Source of the DNA: Chiloscyllium plagiosum
Lineage: Eukaryota
Assembly: GCF_004010195.1 (NCBI RefSeq)
Contig: NC_057750.1
Span: forward strand, 428,378 to 492,377
Length of the DNA: 64,000 nt
Direction of reading: 5' to 3'
A program made the translations under genes and the position numbers. This document shows, in pieces, positions 47,881-59,445 of the stretch. How positions within the stretch are numbered: position 1 is the stretch's first letter; each line of letters opens with the position of its first letter. The notes beneath the pieces were generated by a model. It worked only from the letters and a program-made list of their open reading frames with translations. It did not search any database and was not told the DNA's origin.

Positions 47881-49107
47881 TACTTCTCTGAGAAGCAAAA
47901 CATATCTTAATAAATCAAATGTCCCTGATTAAAAATGCATCCAATGAGCATCTTATTTTTAGATGATGAAGGTCATTGATGCAGGGATTTTGCAATAGAG
48001 AAGGGGTGCATTGACCAGCAATGGTAAATATAGTTCAAATAAAGACTGAATCCCAGTCCTCAGTCACCATAAAACAGCAGCGCTACATTCATTGGTGAAT
48101 CTTGTAACATTGTGATTCCAGATCAGCCTACGATGCACAAAGTGACATTGCCAGCAAGTTAGAAGGTATGATCCTCACAGCATGGGTGTGAACATCTTTC
48201 CAATGTTGCTGATTCTCTATCTGGAGTTGCAAGACTGAACCATTGTCAGTCTTATTGAGTTACTGTGTAAATTCATTACCTGAGGCACTGCGATACTCAG
48301 ACCCGATTCATGCTAGGTTTGACCCACAGATTAGTGTGAAAGCAATGGCTTTGAGTTAAGATGGCTGGAAGCTTCTAGTTGGCCTCAAATTTAGGAAGAG
48401 AAATTATCGGCTGTTGATCATTGTATATAACTCTATTGGAAAATTGCAGTTGTCTGGACATTAAGAGAAGGCAGAGGAACTTCTGAAATGTTATAGTATT
48501 GTGTGAGTTATCATCCTAATGTCCTTTCTTGTACTCTAAGCCCCATGTATAAAGCCGAGAATCCTGGAAGCCCTTTGCCCATTTTGTCAAACTGCGCTGT
48601 CACTTAAATGATTTGTGCACATGCTCCATCTGTTACTGTACTCCCTTTACAATTGTATTCTTTTTAGTTTACATTCTTCTTCAATTTCCACCCATCAAAT
48701 CCGATCACTTTATGTTCAATTTCAATATCCATATGTCAGCCCATTCCACAGCATGACGTCCTCTTCCTTCATGAGGAACAGTCTTTCTATACAGAACCTA
48801 GAATGTACTGTCTGAGAGGGGGCTCCAGGGTGATTCAATGCTGGCTTTCCAAAAGGACTTGGAGAGGCAGGAGGGGAAACGCTAAATTGAAGGGTGAGGA
48901 GAATAGCCAAGCTAAATCACTCAGAGATAACCACAAGTGTTGGATGGGCAGATTGGCCTTCATCTGTGTGTTGACTATTCGATGGTTCAATGTTGAAGAG
49001 CCAGCTCAAGGTCTCCATCTTGGATCACACATGAAGAATGACCCTTTGTACCCCAAAGTGAGGAAGTATGGTGGACTGTTCAATTTACATATATAACAGA
49101 GATCCAC

Positions 49108-49401
49108 AGAATGCCTACAGTGTGGAAACAGGCCCTTTGGCCCAACAAGTCGAAACCGAACCTCAGAAAAGCAACCCACCCAGACCCATTCCCCAACATT
49201 TACCCCTTCACCTAACACTACGGGCAATTTAGCATGCACATTTCTGGACTGTGGGAGGAAACCGGAGCACCTGGAGGAAACCCACGCAGACACAGGGAGA
49301 ATGTGCAAACTCCACACAGACAGTCGCCTGAGGCCAGAATAGAACCCAGCTCTCTGGCACTGTGAGGTAGCAGTGCTACCCACTGAGCCACTGTGCCGCC
49401 C
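49108..49401 (-). mobile_element. HE1-like V-SINE
   Basis: CCTACAGTGTGGAAACAGGCCC ... CACTGAGCCACTGTGCCGCCC. Confidence 0.9.
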
Positions 49402-49679
49402 CTGGGCTCATTGGACTCTGAAATAATTCACGTGAAGCTATTTGTGACATTGAGAGCTGTGATTGAAAATGGAGTCACAGGTGGACATCCATGCTTTCAT
49501 CAGTCAGAGCACTGGGTTTAGGAGTTGAGAAGTCTTGTTGCAGTTGTACAAAATGTTGGTGAGGCCACATTTGGAGTACTGTGTGTGTTCTGGTCACCCT
49601 AATATAGAAAGAATATTATTAAAGTAGAAAATGTGCAGACATGATTTACTCGTATGTTACCTGGACTGGAAAGTAGTTA

Positions 49680-49717
49680 GTGAGTTTTGAGAAGATTTGT
49701 AACTCAGGTTGAGGTTT
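49680..49717. mobile_element. 38-bp micro-insertion with 13-bp TSD
   Basis: TGGAAAGTAGTTA at 49667-49679 and 49718-49730 flanks GTGAGTTTTGAGAAGATTTGTAACTCAGGTTGAGGTTT. Confidence 0.85.
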
Positions 49718-49869
49718 TGGAAAGTAGTTATAAGGAGAGGCTGGATAGGCTGGAACTTTTTACCCTGGAGTGTAGGAGACTGACCTTATAAAAGTCTATA
49801 AAATCATGAGAAGCACAGATTAGGTACATAGTCAATAGTTTTTCCCTAGGGTAGGGAGTCTAAAATAGA

Positions 49870-49901
49870 CTGAAGAAGGGCATGTGCCCGAAACGTCGAA
49901 T
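49870..49901 (+). ncRNA. Minimal hammerhead core (5' strand of stem I absent)
   Basis: CUGAAGA, stem II GGGC/GCCC, GAAA, ACGU palindrome, GUC triplet ending at 49897. Confidence 0.65.
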
Positions 49902-49994
49902 CTTCTGTTCCCTAGATGCTGCCTGACCTGCTGTGCTGTTCCAGCAATAAAGTTTCAGCTTTGATCTCCAGCGTCTGCAGACCTCACTTTCTCC
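49870..49994 (+). mobile_element. 125-bp single-arm PLE-type element starting at the hammerhead core, 13-bp TSD
   Basis: AGTCTAAAATAGA at 49857-49869 and 49995-50007; the insert begins CTGAAGA-A-GGGC ATGT GCCC-GAAACGTC-GAAT. Confidence 0.92.
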
Positions 49995-51089
49995 AGTCTA
50001 AAATAGAGGGCGTACGTTTAAGGTGAGAGGGTCCACAGGTGCAATCTTATCACACAGAGGGTGGTGAATGTCTGCAACAGGCTGCCAGAGGTAGTGGTGG
50101 AGGTGGGTATTATGTTGTCACTTAAGAAACCTTTGGACAGATGCATGGATGGGATAGGAATGGAGGGATATGGACCTAACACAGGCAAATGGGACTAGAT
50201 TAAATTGTGAAAAACGGACAAGCTGGGCCAAAGGGCCTGTTTCCATGCTGTAAACATTTATGACTCTCTAACAAATACATTTTTAGATCTGAGCAGCTGG
50301 AGGAAAAAGGTACATTGTCAAGCTTTTTTAAAAGACACGTTGCATGGAACTAGACCTCACTGTGCTTAAACATCTGAAATAAACTCAACAAATGTCATCA
50401 GAGATGCAGTGTTCCACGAGTGTGGGATACAATGCTGTGGGCCAGCCACTTGTTTTTCAATACCCAATAATATCCGGTGAGGTCTATACAGTACAGAATT
50501 AGCACCAACATCAAGGAACAAGATTTGAACTTATTGCTGTACTGTATATACCATAGACTGGCTTTGCCAAAATGCAGGATGTGCTCCCTGCTGGTTATCT
50601 CTGTGAAACATAATCATTACCAACTGTGAAATGAGGTCTTTTTTTAAATTTGTATGATTTATTTTACTTCCTGAGCAGATTTTCATTACCTGGGTTGTTG
50701 ATGGCTGTGCCTTGAAGCACTGCGTAATTAGAAAATAGTTATTGAAAGGACAATGCCAAAGGCATTTCATATTCTCAGTTTTGCATAGAATGTTTCCGTC
50801 AGTGAGAAATTTAGGAGATTGAAGTGAAAATCATTTCTCTGCATGTGGGTGGAAGGGAACATTCCCAAATTGTGTATCCATCCAGTTTAACCGTGGAATG
50901 CGTAGCACAGGGTGACGTACAGTCACGCCATTGTAGATTAAGCCAATCCTCTCTATTCTGGCAGTCCTGCAGCATTCTCCATGCTACAATCACAAATCAC
51001 AACATTTAGTGGGTCAATCTGCTCAAAAGTGAAAAGTATTTATTTGTATTTGATGATAACAGTTTTATGATGTGAGAATGAGTCACTAG

Positions 51090-51437
51090 AGTAGGCAATG
51101 GCCTCGTGGTATTATTGCTGGACAGTTAATCCAGAGACCCAGGTTATGTACTAGGGATCAGGGTTTGAATCCTGCCTCAGTGGATGGTGGAATGTGAATT
51201 CAATAAAAATCTGGAAATAACAGTCTAATGATGACTATGATTTCATTGCTGATTATTGGAAAAACCCATCTGGTTCTCTGATGTCCTTTAGGGAAGGAAA
51301 CTGCCTTCCATACCTGGTCTGACCTACATATCACTCTGGACCCACAGCAATGGGGTTGACTCTTAAATGGCCTCAGAGATAGACAGTAAATGCTGTCCAA
51401 GCTGGTGACACCCTCATCCCATGAATTAAAAATAAAG
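51090..51437 (+). mobile_element. tRNA-derived SINE with L2-type tail
   Basis: GGCAATGGCCTCGTGGTATTATTGCTGGAC head, GGGTTTGAATCC B-box, tail CTCATCCCATGAATTAAAAATAAA. Confidence 0.85.
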
Positions 51438-51539
51438 TACTCTGGATCTCCATTACACCTGGCCTTCACCGCTGGGGAAAAATGTAATCTCTCCTTTTTC
51501 TGGTCCCTCCCTAAAAATTGGGAAAAGTTTCTTTGTCTT

Positions 51540-51860
51540 TTTCTTTATTCACAGGGTGTCACTGGCTGCAGCAACATTTATTGCCCCATCCCAAATTGTC
51601 CAGAGGGCAGTTAAGAGTCAACCACATTGCTGTGTGTCTGGAGTCACAGGTAGGCCAGAGTGGGTAAGCTTGCCAGTTTCCTAAAGGATATTAGCAAACC
51701 AGATGGGTTTCCCCAACAATTGGCTATGGTTTTATGGTCATCATTAGACACTTAATTCTAGATTTTTGTTAAATTCAAATTTTACCATCTCCCATGTTGG
51801 GATTTGAATCCTGGTCCTCAGAATGTAACTGACAATAGTACCACTGGACATCTCCTTCCC
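51540..51860 (-). mobile_element. Same SINE family, inverted relative to 51090-51437
   Basis: GAGGGCAGTTAAGAGTCAACCACATTGCTGTG..TCTGGAGTCAC..AACCAGATGGGTTT..GGGATTTGAATCC. Confidence 0.85.
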
Positions 51861-51964
51861 ATTTGTCCTAACAATTGTGAAACCTGCTTTAAACATGCTC
51901 AGTGACTGAGCTTTCACAATCCTCCATGGATTCTAAAGATTCATAACTCTCCGAGTGATAAAAC

Positions 51965-53772
51965 AATGAGGGAGGACTTGGCTAAAGTAAGCTGGAAACA
52001 AAGATTTTATGGTGGGACAGTTGACGAGCAGTGGAGGAGTTTCAAAACAATTTTTCAAAGTGCTCAGCAGAAGTATATTACAGTGAAAAGGAAGGACTGT
52101 AAGAAAAGCAATAATCTACCACGGGTCTGAGGAAATAAGGGAGGCTATCAAAATGAAAGAGAAGGCATACAAAGAGACAAAAACAGCATGAAACTAGAAG
52201 ATTGGAAAAAACTTTAAAGGTCAGCAGAAAGCCACAAAAAGAGCTATAACAAAAAGTAGGATAGAACATGAGAAAAAAATCTAGCTTAGAATATAAAGGG
52301 AAAGGATTCTATCGGTATATAAAACGAAAAAGAGCGTTTAATATAAACGTTGGCCCTTTAGAGGATGAGAAAGGGCATTTAGTTATGGGATATGAGGAAA
52401 TGGCCGAGCCATTGAGCAGGTATTTTGTATCGGTCTTCACAGTGGAGGACATGAATAACATGCCAGTAAGTGACAAGGAGCTGAAGGTAGGTGGGGACCT
52501 GGAAATAATTATTATTACGGAAGAGGTCGTGTTGGGAAAGCTAATGGAGCTAAGGATAGATAGGTCTCCTGCCCCTGATGGAATGCATCTCAGAGTACTA
52601 AAAGAGATGGCCGGAAAAATAGCAGGTGGACTGGCGGTAATTTTCCAACATTTACTGGACTCTGGGGAAGTCCCAGTAGATTAGAAAACAGCAAATGTGA
52701 TGCCATTGTTTAAAAAGGAAAGTAGTCAAAAGATGGGGAATTATAGACCAGTTAGCTTAATCTCTGTAGTGGGGAAGATGCTTGAGTCTATTATCAAGGA
52801 AGAAATAGCAAGGCATCTTGATAAAAATTATCCCATTGGGCAGACGCAGCATAAGTGCATGAGGGCAGGTCATGCTTAACAAATCTTTTGGAAATCTATG
52901 AAGACATTTCAAGCAAGGTGGACAAGGGGGACCCAGTGGTTGTGGTGTACCTAGATTCCCAAAAGGCCTTTGACAAGGTGCCGCACAAGAGGCTGCTGCG
53001 TAAGATAAGGATGCATGATGTTAGGGGTAAAGTATTAGCGTGGATAGAGGATTGGTTGACTAACAAGAATGAAAGAATGGGGATACATGAGTGCTATTCT
53101 GGTTGGCAATCAGTGACTAGTGGTGTGCTTCAGGGACCAGTGTTGGGACTGCAATTACTTACAATTTATATTGGTGATTTGGTGTTGGGGACTACGTGTA
53201 GGGTGTCAAAGTTTGCAGATGACACTAAGATGAGTGGCTGAGCAAAGTGTGCAGAGAAATGTGAAACTTTGCTGGGGAACATAGATACTTTGAGTGAGTG
53301 GGCAAAGGTCTGGTAGATGGAGTACGATGTTAAGATGGAGAGACTGAGTAGACTGGGACTATATTCATTGGAATTCAGAAGAATTGGAGGGATTTTATAG
53401 AAGCATATAAAATTATGAAGGGATTAAATAGGATAGAAGTAGAGAGGATGTTTCCAATGGCGGGTGAAACTAGGACAAGAGGGCATAGCCTCAAAATTAG
53501 AGGGAGTAGATTTAGGACTGAATTGAGAAGGAACATCTTCAGCCAGTGGGGTATAAATCTATGGAATTCCTTGCCCAGTGAAGTAGTTGACGCGAGTTCA
53601 GTAGATGTTTTTAAAGCTAAGGTAGCTTTTTTTTTAACAATAAAGGACTTAAGGGTTACGGTGAGAGCACGGGTAAGGGGATCTGAGTCCATGAAAAGAT
53701 CTTATTGAATGTTGGAGCAGGCTTGAAGGGCCAGACTGCCTACTCCTGCTCCTTGTTCTGATGTTCATATGT
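51965..53772 (+). mobile_element. CR1 LINE, 5'-truncated, RT with stops and an internal deletion near 53330
   Basis: ORFs 52268-53241 (NYRPVSLISVVGK, SCLTNLL, YLDSQKAFDKVPH, KFADDTK); QMEYDV joins directly to ERLSRLGL; 3' tail TCCTTGTTCTGATGTTCATATGT. Confidence 0.93.
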
Positions 53773-54199
53773 AAAATCTTCTGTAAGGGCTGATGATGCA
53801 GCTTGGAATGAGCAGAATGAGAGAAAAGTAACAGATTGTGATCAACTGATCACTTTTAAATTTCATAGCGACCAGTTCAAAGGAATCTCATGGCAAATTA
53901 AACAAATTAAAATCAACATTGATGAACAGCAAGTGATGGGTAGCTGATGCACTAAACTACACATTCTGCAGTAACTTCTTAACACAACTAAAGCCTCAAA
54001 TTTGTACATACTGCACGTTTTGAGCAAATACAGTGTTTAAAATTCCATATACAGGCCATGGGACAGGTGAAGAGATGCTTGAAATTGCAAGTGCAAAAAT
54101 AACTCTCAAACGTGACATTCAGAAAAACAAATGTCAACATTTCAGCTGCTTGTTCAAGCTGAAAAGCTACAGACGTTTTCTTCAAGAAGGAAAGCAACA

Positions 54200-54690
54200 A
54201 GGGGAACACAGGAGCAGGAATAAGCCCATTCAGACCCTCAACCTTCCCCTGGCATTCAAAACAATCAAGGCTTATCATTCACTTCAAGACCCCTATTTCT
54301 CCCTTTACATCATTGGTACTTGGAAATCTATTAATCTCTGCTTTAAATATACCCAGTACATGATCACGCCTAGCCCTCTGGAGTGGACAATTCCAAGATC
54401 TCTGAAGAAAAACATTTTGATTCTACCATGTGCTTGAACGCTCACTAAGTTTGTCTAAACCTTCTTGAAGCCATCTTCTGCACAACACACATTGTCACTT
54501 ATCTTTGTGTCATTTGTGAACTTGGAAATAGTATATTTGGTCCCAAGTACAAATTGTTGATGTACATTGCCAACAGCTGGGGTCCCAAGTACTGATCCGT
54601 GCAATACCCCGCTCATTGCAGGCTGCAAAGGTGAGAATGATCCATTTATCCCAACTCTCTGTTTTCTGCCTGTTCGCCAATTCTCCCCCT
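54200..54690 (-). mobile_element. CR1 RT fragment and 3' tail
   Basis: WRTGRKQRVGINGSFS..SGVLHGSVLG..ISKFTNDTKI; reverse tail CACAGGAGCAGGAATAAGCCCATTCAG. Confidence 0.8.
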
Positions 54691-55574
54691 CATCCCCTGA
54701 GATTGCATTAAGGTGCAAACCGTCTCTCTTGTATAATTTATGCTTACCACAAAACATACCCCAGTGATCCAAGAATTTAAATCCTTGCTTCCTGCACCAG
54801 TTCCCCAGCCACACGTTCAAGTCCATTATCTCCCTGTTTCTGACCTCACCAGCCCGAGGAACTGGAAGCAAACCGAAGATAACCACTTTGGACGTTCTGC
54901 TTTTCAGCCTTCTTCCTAGTTCTCCGAAGTCCCGCTGTAGTATGATGTCGGAAAGAAGAAGTCCCTCTTCTTCCCGACATCATTTGTGCCGACATGTACC
55001 ACCACCTCTGGCTCTTCACCTTCATCCTTGAGGATTTCCTGCACTCTGTCTGTGATGTCTTTAACCCTGGCACCAGGAAGGCAATGCACCATCCTTAAGT
55101 CCCGTCTGCTGCCACAAAAGCCCCGGTCAGTTCCTCTCACGATGGAGTCCCCTATTACCACGGCTCTGTGCGGTGTCCGACTCTTCCACTCTGCCTCCAC
55201 GCCAACGTTTGATTGACAGACCTGGCCACCTCGCGGACTGGCAGTGTCATCTGGCTCTGCTATTTCCAAAAGATTCAACTTGTTCCTGACAGGTACTTAC
55301 CCTGGGGTCTCTTGCACCTGTCTCCTCTCTGCCTTCCTCATCATCTGCTCTCTTCTAGTACGATTGGTGTAATAACCTTGCTGAAGGTCTTGTCCAGAAA
55401 GATCCTGTTCTCTCGGATAAGCCTAAGGTCCTCGAGTTCTTTCATCAGCGCTGCAATATGCTCTGTCAGTAGCTGAACATGCACACACTTTCCACACTTA
55501 TACGAGCCAGACACACCAGAGTCGTTGACCTCCCACATCAAGCACGTAGCACACTGAACCAGCTTGGCAGTCAT
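54690..55574 (-). pseudogene. CR1 ORF1 (CxxC zinc finger/leucine zipper + SGNH/GDSL esterase), frameshifted
   Basis: MTAKLVQCATC..CGKC..LMKELEDLRLI; VIGDSIVRG (block I), VHVGTND (block III), DGLHLN (block V), split over three frames. Confidence 0.92.
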
Positions 55575-56248
55575 GTCTTCACCCTCTTCAACTGTGGTGT
55601 AATCACTTCACTCAACCTCCTTGTCAAAGACTCCTGAGCTAAAGCCTCACACTNNNNNNNNNNNNNNNNNNNNNNNNNNNNNNNNNNNNNNNNNNNNNNN
55701 NNNNNNNNNNNNNNNNNNNNNNNNNNNNNNNNNNNNNNNNNNNNNNNNNNNNNNNNNNNNNNNNNNNNNNNNNNNNNNNNNNNNNNNNNNNNNNNNNNNN
55801 NNNNNNNNNNNNNNNNNNNNNNNNNNNNNNNNNNNNNNNNNNNNNNNNNNNNNNNNNNNNNNNNNNNNNNNNNNNNNNNNNNNNNNNNNNNNNNNNNNNN
55901 NNNNNNNNNNNNNNNNNNNNNNNNNNNNNNNNNNNNNNNNNNNNNNNNNNNNNNNNNNNNNNNNNNNNNNNNNNNNNNNNNNNNNNNNNNNNNNNNNNNN
56001 NNNNNNNNNNNNNNNNNNNNNNNNNNNNNNNNNNNNNNNNNNNNNNNNNNNNNNNNNNNNNNNNNNNNNNNNNNNNNNNNNNNNNNNNNNNNNNNNNNNN
56101 NNNNNNNNNNNNNNNNNNNNNNNNNNNNNNNNNNNNNNNNNNNNNNNNNNNNNNNNNNNNNNNNNNNNNNNNNNNNNNNNNNNNNNNNNNNNNNNNNNNN
56201 NNNNNNNNNNNNNNNNNNNNNNNNNNNNNNNNNNNNNNNNNNNNNNNN

Positions 56249-58837
56249 GGTATTAGGCAAGAACTTTCAAAAGCTGATTGGAGGCAGATGTTCGCAGGTA
56301 AAGGGACGGCTGGAAAATGGGAAGCCTTCAGAAATGAGATAACAAGAATCCAGAGAAAGTATATTCCTGTCAGGGTGAAAGGGAAGGCTGGTAGGTATAG
56401 GGAATGCTGGATGACTTAAAGCAATTGAGGGTTTAGTTATGAAAAAGAAGGAAGCATATGTTATGTATAGACAGGATAGATCGAGTGAATCCTTAGAAGA
56501 GTATAAAGAAAGTAGGAGTATACTTAAGAGGGAAATCAGGAGGGCAAAAAGGGGACATGAGATAGCTTTGGTAAATAGAATTAAGGAGAATCCAAAGAGT
56601 TTTCACAAATGCACTAAGGACAAAAGGGTGACTAGGGAGAGAATAGGGCCCCTCAAAGATCAGCAAGGCGGCCTTTGTGTGGAGCCACAGAAAATGGGGG
56701 AGATACTAAATGAGTATTTTGCATCAGTATTTACTGTGGAAAAGGATATAGAAGATATAGAATGTGGGGAAATAGATGGTGACATCTTGCAAAATGTCCA
56801 TATTACAGAAGAGGAAGTGCTGGATGTCCTGAAATGGGTAACGTTGGATAAATCCCCAGGACCTGATTAGGTGTACCCGAGAACTCTGTGGGAAGCTAGA
56901 GAAGTGATTGTTGGGCCTCTTGCTGAGATATTTGTATTATCGATTGTCACAGGTGAGGTGCTGGGAGACTGGAAGTTGGTGAACATGGTGCCACTGTTTA
57001 AGAAGGGCAGTAAAGACAAGCCAGGGAACTATAGATCGGTGAGCCTGACCTCGGTGGTGGGCAAGTTGTTGGAGGGAATCCTGAGGGACAGGATGTACTG
57101 AATTTGGATTGGAAAGGCAAGGACTGATTAGGGATAGTCAACATGGTTTTGTGCGTGGGCAATCATGTCTCACAAACTTGATTGAGTTTTTTGAGGAAGT
57201 AACAAAGAGATTGATGAGGACAGAGTGGTAGATGTGATCTATAGACTTAAGTAAGGCATTCGACAAGGTTTCCCATGGGAGACTAACTAGCAAGGTTAGA
57301 TCTCATGGAATACAGGGAGAACTAGCCATTTGGATACAGAACTGGCTCAAAGGTAGAAGACAGAGGGAGGTGTTGGAGGGTTGTTTTTCAGACTAGAGGC
57401 CTGTGACCAGTGGTGTGCCATAAGGATCAGTGCTGGGTCCTCTACTTTTTGTCATTTACATAAATGATTTGGATGCGAGCATAAGAGGTACAGTTAGTCA
57501 GTTTGCAAATGACACCAAAATTGGAGGTGTAGTGGACAGCGAAGAGGGTTACTTCAGATTACAACAGGATCTTGACCAGATGGACCAATGGGCTGAGAAG
57601 TGGCAGATGGAGTTNNNNNNNNNNNNNNNNNNNNNNNNNNNNNNNNNNNNNNNNNNNNNNNNNNNNNNNNNNNNNNNNNNNNNNNNNNNNNNNNNNNNNN
57701 NNNNNNNNNNNNNNNNNNNNNNNNNNNNNNNNNNNNNNNNNNNNNNNNNNNNNNNNNNNNNNNNNNNNNNNNNNNNNNNNNNNNNNNNNNNNNNNNNNNN
57801 NNNNNNNNNNNNNNNNNNNNNNNNNNNNNNNNNNNNNNNNNNNNNNNNNNNNNNNNNNNNNNNNNNNNNNNNNNNNNNNNNNNNNNNNNNNNNNNNNNNN
57901 NNNNNNNNNNNNNNNNNNNNNNNNNNNNNNNNNNNNNNNNNNNNNNNNNNNNNNNNNNNNNNNNNNNNNNNNNNNNNNNNNNNNNNNNNNNNNNNNNNNN
58001 NNNNNNNNNNNNNNNNNNNNNNNNNNNNNNNNNNNNNNNNNNNNNNNNNNNNNNNNNNNNNNNNNNNNNNNNNNNNNNNNNNNNNNNNNNNNNNNNNNNN
58101 NNNNNNNNNNNNNNNNNNNNNNNNNNNNNNNNNNNNNNNNNNNNNNNNNNNNNNNNNNNNNNNNNNNNNNNNNNNNNNNNNNNNNNNNNNNNNNNNNNNN
58201 NNNNNNNNNNNNNNNNNNNNNNNNNNNNNNNNNNNNNNNNNNNNNNNNNNNNNNNNNNNNNNNNNNNNNNNNNNAGGCCACTGTAGGAATATTGCGTGCA
58301 ATTCTGATCTCCTTCCTCTCGGAAAGATGTTGTGAAACTTGAAAGGATTCAGAAAAGATTTACAAGGATGTTGCCATGGTTGGAGGATTTGAGCTACAGG
58401 GAGAGGATGAACAGGCTGGGGCTGTTTTTCCTGGAGTGTCGGAGGCTGAGGGGTGACCTTATAGAGTTTACAAAATTATGAGGGGCATGGATAGGGTAAA
58501 TAGGTAAAGTCTTTTCCCTGAGGTCAGGGAATCCAGAACTAGAGGGCATAGGTTTAGGGTGAGAGGGGAAAGATATAACAGAGACCTAAGGAGCAACCTT
58601 TTCCCACAGAGGGTGGTACATGTATGGAATGAGCTGCCAGAGGATGTGGTGGAGGCTGGTACAATTGCAACATTTAAGAGGCATTTGGATGGGTACATGA
58701 ATAGGAAGGGTTTGGAGGGATATGGGCAAGGTGCTGGCAGGTGGGACTAGATTGGGTTGGGATATCTGGTTGGCATGGATGGGTTGGACCGAGGGGTCTG
58801 TTTCCATGCTGTACATCTCTATGACTCTTTGACTCTG
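56249..58837 (+). mobile_element. Young CR1 LINE ORF2 + 3' tail (same subfamily as 106-2297), spanning a gap
   Basis: Near-identical to 826-2296 where they overlap; DKSPGPD, NYRSVSLTSVVGKLLE, FANDTK; tail GTACATCTCTATGACTCTTTGACTCTGTGAC. Confidence 0.95.
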
Positions 58838-59309
58838 TGACCAATTGAACCATTTGACTAAATATTCTCCAACAGTGCAGGATCAGGTAAGGAGTTACTG
58901 AAGGAAAATGAAAACCGTACAATAAGTCGACAATAAATGGCTCCTGAAAAATAAAATAAATGAAAATTCTTTGCCCATTGTGAATGGATCATTCATGTTT
59001 CTTTTATCTTTGCACATGGCAGTTGGTTTTAAGTTCAATTCTGCTTGGAACTGGCTGCTAATTGACAGTGGACTGTTGTCTAAGCCTTTTAGGAGTTTTA
59101 ATGTCCCATTTCAACTCTCTGATTATCACATCCCTTTTAAATATTACATATCATTCTCTGATCCCACTTCAGATGAGCACACTGACTAAGTGAGTTTCGG
59201 AATATGCCAAATGGGAAATTCTGGATGCCTTACTAGTCTTTACTTGTGTTAGTTTGTTAATGTCCTCAACAGCAATAATTCCAGGCTCCAGGCATCAAGA
59301 ATACAGGAG

Positions 59310-59445
59310 TGAAATATTGCCGACACTATAATCTGAAATGAAAACAGAAAGTGCTGGCATTGCTCATCAGATCAGGCAATATCAATGTTTCTCTCTCCAT
59401 TGACTATGAAACCTCCGATTATTTTTAGCATTTTTGCTTTTATTC
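59310..59445. mobile_element. Very degenerate fold-back PLE-type element
   Basis: AAAACAGAAAGTGCTGG..CTCATCAGATCAGGCA and reverse TTTCTCTCTCCA..AGCATTTTTGCTTTT. Confidence 0.45.

Larger units (their letters stand above)
49460..50270 (+). mobile_element. CR1 3' fragment carrying two nested PLE-type insertions
   Basis: LYKMLVRPHLEYCV; tail GGGCCAAAGGGCCTGTTTCCATGCTGTAA..TATGACTCT. Confidence 0.85.

Noticed and set aside
54455..55574. Host GDSL lipase/esterase gene
   Set aside because: Intronless, frameshifted, preceded by a CxxC/zipper and followed by RT motifs: the known CR1 ORF1 architecture
55571..58342. Long ORFs containing X runs (also 34574-35201 and 40459-40857)
   Set aside because: Artefacts of translation through N gaps
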